From Oopsacas minuta (taxonomy: Eukaryota > Animalia > Porifera): 64,000 bases of DNA. Of the stretch, positions 34,367 through 43,700 are shown in pieces (position 1 is the stretch's first letter; each line of letters opens with the position of its first letter). Made by a program: the position numbers and the translations under genes. The notes under the pieces were generated by a model. The model saw only the letters and a list, made by a program, of their open reading frames with translations. It was not told where the DNA came from and did not search any database. The stretch spans positions 565,854 through 629,853 of the forward strand of contig JAKMXF010000066.1 in assembly GCA_024704765.1 (NCBI GenBank), given 5' to 3'.

Positions 34367-35746
34367 ATGTTACGAATACTACCCCGTACAGTACAGCTTC
34401 CCTTACTATCCCGTAGCTTCAGTTACGAATCAGTATCTCTCTCACACGTTATACCACTACCTCCTATCCTCGCTACCCCCTCTACTCCTCCCCCTAGCGA
34501 GATAACCGTATCCCGTCTCAAGAATGGCATAACTATTGCATCAAACAGTTGCTACTCTCCTATATCACAGCTCTCCATAGCTATACGTGCTGGATCTCGT
34601 TACCAGGACGAGGATAATCTAGGAGTAGCTCATTTCCTTCTACACAATGCATTTCTAACTAACTCGGATAGAACAGGATTCAGAGTTACAAGAGAGCTGG
34701 AGAGAATTGGAGCTACACTCAATTCTGAACTAACACGTGATCTATTAGTATCAACTTCTAGTTTTACGTCAGGGTATGCTGAGAGCGTGCTAGAGAACTT
34801 ATCAGCTGTTTATAACGGGCCTGAATTCCGGAGATGGGAGGTATCAAAAGATCGCGTACTGTTAGACCTAGACAGACTGCATATACATTTTGATTCACTA
34901 GCTGATGATGTAATGCATAAGCTAGCTTACCGCATTGGACTAGGGATGCCTATTTATACACCGGAGTGTAGAGCAGCGCTGATATCAAGTGAAGACATGC
35001 AGAAGTACTATTCATCTCGTGTTAATGCTGATAACACATTTGTAATAGGATCTGGGATAGAACATAAAGAGCTGAGTCGATTAGTTGAGGAGTTATTCGT
35101 TCCTCCGGTTAAGCAGGTATCTGGTGTTGATATCCCTAGATATTTCGGGAAGGGAGAGTCTCATATTCGTTTGTATGGTGAAGACACACAGGCCGTATTA
35201 ACTGCAGAGGGAGTCAGTATAGGGCATGATGACCTGCCCAAATACATAGTCCTACAACATCTATTAGGCGTAGAGAACGTGATCAAGCGTGGGAGTATGT
35301 CTTGCACTCGATTAGGAAAATGTGCTACACAGGTTAACGGTGCTGCTATGAGTGCTGTTAATATTAACCACTCAGATACTGGGCTATTCGGACTAGTAGC
35401 TAGAGCACCTGGTAACCAAATTAAGAAACTTGTAAAGGCTGGTCTATCAGCTTGCAGGGAGGTAGCTAAAAACGGTGTATCTTCTACTGAGCTTATCGCT
35501 TCAAAGAACCGAGCAAAGAGTGCTGTACTATCACAATACGATGATTTAGAGACTCTACATAACACCTTAATGTTACAGGTTGCCATGACTGGTGCTGTTT
35601 CTAGTGGGAGGGAAATATCTGATCGGATCGAAAAGGTAAGTTCTGAAGATGTACAGAATGTAGCTAGGAAGATTACCATTGCTAAGCCTAATCTGGTTGT
35701 TACAGGCAATCTAGTAGATCCTCCGTATCTTGATGAACTAATTTAA
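34367..35746 (+). CDS. UQCRC2: Cytochrome b-c1 complex core protein 2 (non-catalytic M16 family), intronless
   Basis: Basic presequence-like N-terminus; IAIRAGSRYQDEDNLGVAHFL...FRVTRELERIGATL; SAVNINHSDTGLFG; GNLVDPPYLDEL; no HxxEH motif. Confidence 0.88.
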   Translation: MLRILPRTVQLPLLSRSFSYESVSLSHVIPLPPILATPSTPPPSEITVSRLKNGITIASNSCYSPISQLSIAIRAGSRYQDEDNLGVAHFLLHNAFLTNSDRTGFRVTRELERIGATLNSELTRDLLVSTSSFTSGYAESVLENLSAVYNGPEFRRWEVSKDRVLLDLDRLHIHFDSLADDVMHKLAYRIGLGMPIYTPECRAALISSEDMQKYYSSRVNADNTFVIGSGIEHKELSRLVEELFVPPVKQVSGVDIPRYFGKGESHIRLYGEDTQAVLTAEGVSIGHDDLPKYIVLQHLLGVENVIKRGSMSCTRLGKCATQVNGAAMSAVNINHSDTGLFGLVARAPGNQIKKLVKAGLSACREVAKNGVSSTELIASKNRAKSAVLSQYDDLETLHNTLMLQVAMTGAVSSGREISDRIEKVSSEDVQNVARKITIAKPNLVVTGNLVDPPYLDELI

Positions 35747-36121
35747 ATAGTTAATATAGTTAATATAGTTAATATATTAATATGTGTTACTTGTCGAATT
35801 GTAGTTATGATACAGTGTATTGCATATCAATCATTATACTAATTATCGCAGGAATCATTCACTTACAAACTTATGTCATAATTGCTTGTGGCTCAACCAC
35901 TTTACATGACCATATCTAGAAAACTATAAGTCTATTTTATATGCTCAAAATAGCAAAATGTAGGTCAGAGGGTCTTCATCTCGAAAAATTGTTCCTGCCA
36001 TGTTAGCATGATTTTGGAATGTCAGAAATTTAGATAATTTTCATAAAATTATCTGTTATAAATGTCTTGTTTATTAGTCAGAATAATTAGATTGTTTCAT
36101 CAGCATTCAGCTCTCAGAGTG

Positions 36122-36652
36122 ATGACACATTTGAAAGGTGTCAATTTAGTAGACGCCGAAACTAAAGAGAATATACTCTCGGACGATTTATGGAAGGATC
36201 GTCCTGTTGTTATACAAGTTATCCGGAGACCTGGATGAGGATTGTGTCGCGACGAGGCCACCCAATTGGCCTCGTTGCGCCCCCAGCTCGATGGCATGGG
36301 GGTAGGGCTAGTAGGTGTGTGTCACCAGAGGCACGGAGCAGCAGGATTCGCTCCCTTCCTTGGAGGGAAAATATACGTGAATAATACTCGGGAAATATTT
36401 GGTCCTGTCATGAGATGGATTGGTATTACAACTATATTTAGCCCCAGCGTATTATACAGCTTCTTTTCCTCTTGGAGACATGGCCATGCAGCTGAGGCGA
36501 ACTTTGAAGGGGAAGGAAGGTTATTAGGAGGGGTATATGTTATGGGACAGGGTGATCAAGGTGTTGTGTATCATTTTGAGGAACCACAGCCTGGAGTATA
36601 TGCTCCAATAGATGAAGTATTGAGAGCAGCGGAATCTGTCCAAATCAAATAA
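36122..36652 (+). CDS. PRXL2A: Selenoprotein U (PRXL2A/FAM213A family) with Sec at codon 39
   Basis: Single frame from ATG 36122: ...LWKDRPVVIQVIRRPG-TGA(36236-36238)-GLCRDEA..., later GEGRLLGGVYVMG. SECIS-like hairpin downstream. The N-terminus might extend through an upstream exon. Confidence 0.85.
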
Positions 36653-36659
36653 TATATTT

Positions 36660-36730
36660 CTGTAGTATTACACATTATGATAATGTCGAATTAAAATGTG
36701 TTTGACATTTGATTTTAAGTTATACTTCAG
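36660..36730 (+). promoter_or_regulatory. SECIS element
   Basis: ATGA at 36677-36680; stem AATGTCGAA/TTTGACATT; apical AAA loop; GA at 36711-36712; lower helix CTGTAGTAT/ATACTTCAG. Confidence 0.75.
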
Positions 36731-36832
36731 AGCTTTAATAAACGAATATTATTTTATTGAAATTAAGTTTCATAGATAAATCTTATGGAAAATTTCTGTA
36801 TTTTGTCTAGCTTATTGGGAATATGAATACTA

Positions 36833-36995
36833 CAGTCACTCCTGTTATATCGAAGCTCAAGGGACCGCGATAATATCTCTGATATAATCGAGGAATTATA
36901 TGATACTTTGACGGTTTGGTGTCATACTTGTATAATTTCAGACTTGGATATAAGCGTGTATTTTGATACATGGTTGATATAACTGGAGTTGACTG
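36833..36995. mobile_element. MITE family A copy, intergenic
   Basis: TA|CAGTCACTCCTGTTATATCG...GATATAACTGGAGTTGACTG. Confidence 0.75.
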
Positions 36996-37350
36996 CATTT
37001 AATTGGCTTCCTTCAAAGTTACCCCTAGCCGATTTTAGAGTAGTAATTACCCCAAAGTTGTGTCCCTCATATCGTAATAGTTATATTATTAAGGTCCAAT
37101 AGACGATTATTGCTGAGGAAATATGATTTGTCGCATTAGTGTTAATGTATATGTCCATATGTGGTTTATTATTGTGTAATATATTATAGATCTTCTAATC
37201 ATGAATTATAGCAATTTACAATAGCATCAGCTAATTATAATAATTCCAAACTAATCACTAATCACATTACTTAAATATTAATTCATATGATTTATTGAGT
37301 ATTGCAAAATGTAGGACATATTTGGCCACATTTGATATTTAAGAGTACAA

Positions 37351-37433
37351 TATTTGTGTACTATATTTGTGTGCTATATTTGTGTACTATATTTGTGTAC
37401 TATATTTGTGTACTATATTTGTGTACTATATTT
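37351..37433. repeat. 13-bp minisatellite (TATTTGTGTACTA), about 6 copies
   Basis: Direct tandem units with one variant and no spacers. Confidence 0.9.
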
Positions 37434-37711
37434 CAGGTATTTGTGACTTATGCCATTCAATTGCAATTTGTTATGATATGTGGAGTCAATATTATTCTAC
37501 ATAGAAGAACCCATATTAAAGTTACATCGTAACTCGATACGAGCAAAGTCGTTAGGCTAATACTTAGATGGACTAAGATCAACTGAATGGTCATAACGAG
37601 TAGTATAGGAGTTTGATTAGGTAACTCGAGTAAGGATATTATACAAATCATATTTGATAATTATATATATATATATAAAATACGCGAAACTACGTTCACA
37701 CATATTAATAA

Positions 37712-40700
37712 ATGCAGACACAAGATCAAGGCAATTTAGGTTGGTTCAAAAGCTACAAAAAATGCTTGATACATTCACTAAAACAAGCGAACACTGAATA
37801 CAATGAAAATTCCCTTTTCATCACTGACGGATACAATGCATTGCATATCGGTGCAAATCTGGGAGAAATTAATATTCTAATTTTCGCGGTCAAATGCTTC
37901 ATAACTCAACCTGGAATCACAAAGTTAGAAAGTGTGAAATCATATGTTGACACTTTTGATGAAAATGGACTTACTCCGTTGCACCGGGCTTCCATGGAAG
38001 GGAACTGGAAATGTGCGAAATTACTCGTCCGATACGGAGCAGACATGCAACTAACTTCTAACGGTAAATACAACGCGTTAGATTTCGCGAGAAGACATCG
38101 CAATCCTAATAATAAGGAAACAAGCAATGGATTGGTTAAATTATCACAGGAACTTGAACGTAACGGTTTTGTAATGGATCAGTTAGAAGCTCAACTGGAA
38201 ATTATTTGTTCCCAATCTATCAATACTCATGACGCCATTCAGGAAATATCAAATCTTATCATTAACAAACATGTGGATATAAATTTCACCGATCCAATTG
38301 GAGACACTCCCCTTCATTTGGCTTGTCTAGCTAATAACGAATACCTCATGGTTAACCTACTATTTTTCAAGGCTAATACAACTTGTATTCGTAACGAGAA
38401 AAGCCGCACTTTACTACATTATGCGTGTAAGCATATGTTAAGCATCAGATTCTTCCTGGCTAACAAGTTCCCATATTTGTTGATACTACGAGATAGTAAG
38501 GGATACTTCCCAATGCATTTATCTGCTAAGAAAGGTGATTTGAAGTTCTTAACTTTCATATTTGACCGCAATGCTTATCCTCTCTCAAAAACCAGTAATG
38601 ATACTGACTCCGATGATGATACTATTACTGATAATCTTGAGCCACTAACTGATGTCGAAGATCGCGACATCCGTATGAGGTATGTCAATAAGCGCCAACA
38701 AAGACGATCAGACCCTGGAGTGACCAAATTGGAGTTACAAAAAGGATGCCTGAATAGTAGAGACAGTTTGGAAAAAGGCAAACATATATTAAAATCTAAA
38801 TTACGTTTAAAAGGTAAGAGTGTTATACCGACAGAAAGTGTAAAACCGATGTTTGATGAATTTATAAGCACTTATAAAGATCCTGAACTTAAAGATGCTG
38901 ATGAATTATCCCAGGACTTATCTGATATCAGTTATTGCATCAAACGGTTATCCCTGACTGATAAAAGTATTGATGAACGATCTATGTTACATTTCGCTGC
39001 AGCAAAAGGGCATTTAGAGATAGTTGAGTTTTTAATCGAGGTTTGTGACATGCATTCTAATTTCTCGAAGAAATGCTGTACTGTGCATGATTTGGTCAAC
39101 AGGACAACTGAATTTGGTTTATCACCGTTAACCGAAGCTTTGAAAAACAAACACATTGAGATAGCAGAGTTTCTACTTGGAAATAACGCGAGCATAAATT
39201 CCACTACTTGTCGTGTACTAGCAGGATTCCTGGAAGAAAATGATCCCGAACAAACTTTGAAATTTCTACACAAGTTGTCCAAGGAAAATACGGAAGATTT
39301 CTTTAAGGTATTTACAATTGAATATACAACTGATACTCCTTTCATTTCATCTCTACTCCATGCTCTTATGAAGGAAGAATCTTATCAACTATCTACATTT
39401 CTTCTCACGAATAAAGTGAAAGTAAATATGGAAGCTCTCATCATGGCATTTACACTCTGTATAGTAGAATGCCGAGTAGAACATTTGCAATTATTCATTG
39501 AGAATTTCCCAGAAATCCAATACAATGAAGAACTACTAACATTGGAAAAGTTCCTCAATCAAACTGAGTTAAGGATTAACTTTATTTACGAAGCAGTGAA
39601 AGTCAAGGAAATCCGTTTACTAAATCTCCTCCTTCAGTCTGGGGCTGATCCAACCGTCTACAAACCTAATTCCTTAGAAAAGAATTTACTCTACATGGCT
39701 TATAAACACAGTTACCTTGACAACGGAGAGTTATTTCTAACCCTGTTAGAGTACGGGGTAACTGTCAACTTGCAAGAGGCAATCGAGGGTGTAGGAAATT
39801 TTGCAAATTCCTATTGTATCATCTGGTTGCTAGTGCTTCACGTGATTGAAACAAATCTACAACCTTTGTCGATAAAACGCAGAACATCTTCACTGGAAAT
39901 TTTCAATGATCGTTCGCTAACATACAAAGGGTTTGTGTTATGGGATGATTTTGGTTTTCAGTTCGTTGAACTTAAGTGGATCTCTGCTTGTGCGTATATT
40001 GTTGATCACCTCGATGCAATAGTATCTGATTATCGTATTGCTAATCATACAAGTTTCCCTAAAGCTACTGATTCCGGATTCTACAAATTTGTAGTTCACC
40101 ATTTGAAAAGTTCGGATACCCTCACATCCATTCCAACTTCATTCCTGAAAGAATCGAATATTTGCAAACTATCATTCCAAAACAACAAACTTAACGGTGT
40201 CCCTATTGAAATATTCGATCTTCCTCACTTAAAAGAACTGAACTTATCTGACAATGAGATTACTTATATCCCAGAGAGGAAGAGCGAATTCTCTCTAGAA
40301 TGGAGTGATGAAGAGAAAATGCAGAGTAAATATGGTTGTAAAAGTTTGAAATTACTTGACGTATCAAACAATAAATTACAATCATTGCCGGCGGATTTAT
40401 TTTACTTACCCAAAATCACAGAAGTAGAGGCAAGTAATAATAAGATATCATTTCTCCCTCATGAACTGTGGTTAGCTGAGAGCTTGACAACGCTTAAGCT
40501 CAATAGGAATTTGTTACGTCACCTAACGAAATCTGAAATTGATTCTCTTGAGAGTGGATTTTGTTCATCTTTGAATGCAAGAGCTACTTTCTTCATTAGA
40601 AAGAGGGTCGAAACAATGCCGAGTTTCCACATCCCTATAACTATTCAAGAATCCAATACTGAAAAATCCAAAAATCCTTTGGATTTCTTTCCACCGACTG

Positions 40701-43700
40701 TGATTGAAGATACTACAACTAATAATAGTTCTGATCTATCTTCAACAAATACGGATTCTGGGACCGCGGGAACACAGTCTCAAAGTATATCTGACAGAGA
40801 TCGGGGCCAATCAGTGAGACACCCCTTACCTATCCCAAACTGGACTGACTACTCGTCTCTACAGAATATAGAACTTTCTTTCAATAAATTTTCTATATTT
40901 CCACACGATTTAGCTTGCATAGCTCCTAAACTACAAAGACTTGATATGCGAAATAATAATCTCAAGAAATTGAATATTCTGCTTGATTTACCGAAGTCCT
41001 TACACCTTATTTTATTTGATAATAATCAAATAACAACTTTATTAGAACATCTGGAGCCGATATCATGCTGTAGTCCATGTTGTTATGCGTTACCAGATCG
41101 TGATAAGGATCATAAACCTAGGTGGTGTTCACATCATCAGGTAGCTTCATTCCCTCTCTTACAAACTATCTCTTTTAATAACAATAAACTCACTGAATTC
41201 CCGATTGAACAGTTGAAGGAAAACAAATCCAAGAATTCTTTCGTGCTTTATCCGTCCATTCTTGCCCTGTCAATTTCTGAAAATAATTTTAAAGAGGTAC
41301 CACAAGGTATTTCAGTGCTGACGTCAATAACTTCTCTCAACCTGGCTTTCAATAAAAATATTACAAAAATTCCACTCGCACTGAAGTCTTTAACAAACTT
41401 ATTTTATATTAATTTATCTGGTCTGGAGATTGATGGAATTCCTGATTATATTCTAAGAGGGCAAGCCCCTCGTTTGATTAGTCATCTAGCTAGTCAATCA
41501 CAGGACAGGAGAACACACCGTACACTCAAGCTATTCATTATGGGAGATGAAGGGAAGGGAAAAACTACTCTACTCAGTCATTTAGGGAAAGGTAAAATTT
41601 TGTTATTTGGTCCAGAATGTATTTCAAGAAATTTGAAGCCGAAACACGCATCAGTACCTTATAAACCTACCATTGGGGTGGAAACGAGTATTTGGGAACT
41701 GAATAAGCCCAGGAGATGGGATCACGGGACTACAAATAGCAGTCCGATTCAATTCATATGCTGGGATTTCGCTGGGAAAGAAGAATATTTCCCTGCTTAC
41801 CAAGGGTTCATGTGTCAACGAGCTATCTACATTGTCGTCTGGGATATAACTGATGGGTATAACGGAGTTAAGGGGCTTGAAAAATGGCTGCAATCTATCG
41901 AACAGAATGTACCGAAGAGTTCATGCATTATTGTAGGCACATTTTTGAATAAAATAAAAATGAAAAAACCGACAATTAAAGATATGACAGAACACATTAT
42001 TGGGATGTTTAAGAAGAATACCTATCTTTATCCAAAGATACTTTCTGTACAATTTTTGGATAGTTTTGATGAAGATAAGGTCTTTCAATTGAGAGAACTT
42101 ATCTATATTGAAGCTACAAAACTGTCGACTAAGGAGAAATCAAACTCAATTGCAGTGCCAATTTTAGAGAAACTTGTCCCACTCAACCAAATACGATTCC
42201 TCCAATATGTAACGTTTATCAAGGATCAGTCGGAATTGCAGAATAAAATCCGTATTTTGACAGGTTTCCAGTTCCGCGGACTTGTTGAGAAGGTTTGGCA
42301 AGGTGAGTTCATGGAAAATTACGAATTTCAGAATGCAGTTAAGTTTCTACATAGCACTGGCTATCTAATGCATTTTGAGGATGATCCTGAATTAATGGAT
42401 CAATACGTTATCAATATGGAATGGCTATGTCAGAAATTCGTAGCAGTTCTACACACACAAATACCACTTAGTGAAGATCAACGGACAATGAAGTGTGGAG
42501 TCGTACAGAAAGAGAAAGTATACGAAATCTTAAAAAAATTAGAAGTGCATAGGAATGATTTTTCAAAGTTTATTTCATTCATGAAGAAGTTTGAGATTTT
42601 GATCGAGTTATCCGAAAAATTCTTTATATTTCCATCTCTTCTTCCAAAGAACAAATCCGAGGCTACTCAATTAACTCTCAAATTTAATTTATCCACGAAT
42701 ACTTCCCAGTTGCCTGATTGCATTTCATGTCCACAAATTGACAACGACACTGCCAATTCCCTCTCAACAGTGCCATCAACTCTTTTGCTAAACATCCCAA
42801 CATTTGGTATAGGCCCTGCTAAACCGAGTAAAGCAGTTAGGAAAGATTCAATGAAGATAGCATTCTCACAATGGATCCGTCTCTATCTAACTCCTCTCAT
42901 ACCGAGTGATTTCTGGGCCCGTTTATTATCCCGGGTGATAGCTGACCAGAGTTATCTTGCTACACTTCAGAATTACCTCCACATATTTCTTAAAATTTAT
43001 CAATTAAATGAATTGGACCAAGTAGTAGCTGAGATTACGAATATATTACAATGGAAGGTTTGGAATAATGGGCTGGGGTTGTACGTGGGTAATGATGAGA
43101 TACTTCAGGTTAGTTATCTGCTACTTCCTAGTTTACACTTTACAGACTTAATGCTAGTGGATAACGACCCAGAGGAACATCCTCCGATTAAAGGGGAGTT
43201 TTCTGGAGGTGTCCATGTGTTGGTAAGGGAATGGGAGGGAATTAAAGTTGACTCGAACAAAATTGCTAAACCTTTCTTACCCAGTGAAAACCATGAAATG
43301 ATGGGAGATCCCAGTATATCGCTACAACTAGCAACTTGGCTTCTACAACGCTCTGCTTACCATGTTGAAGAAGTATTCGATGAATGGCAAGAGAAACTCT
43401 ACACTGTACGTCGTAGCATGTTCCAATCAGTTAGCCAACGTCTATCATGCTACATACCTTGTCCCAAATGTTATCACTCACTTTCCAAGCATATCGACCC
43501 TCTAAAGAAGAAATCTATGAGCCCTACTATACTAGAAGAGATCGATAATATAGAAATGAATACTATTCATTACATAGGACAAAATGCAGAAGAGAAGGAA
43601 GTAATAATAGAATTCTATGTATATAGTATAGTCTATCTATGCGGCCTAGCTAGAGATGGGAAGAAGTTGTTCTGTCCTGTACACGGGAAGATAGGCATGT

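Noticed and set aside
35161-35709. Long antisense ORFs (also 10676-11020, 38932-39345 and others)
   Set aside because: Shadows of real CDSs on the opposite strand, with no recognisable motifs.
36100-36384. Alternative ORFs 36100-36297 (-) and 36190-36384 (+)
   Set aside because: They overlap the SelU frame, which explains the region once TGA is read as Sec.
37302-37532. Repetitive ORF and possible CRISPR-like repeat
   Set aside because: A 13-bp tandem minisatellite with no unique spacers, in a eukaryotic context.
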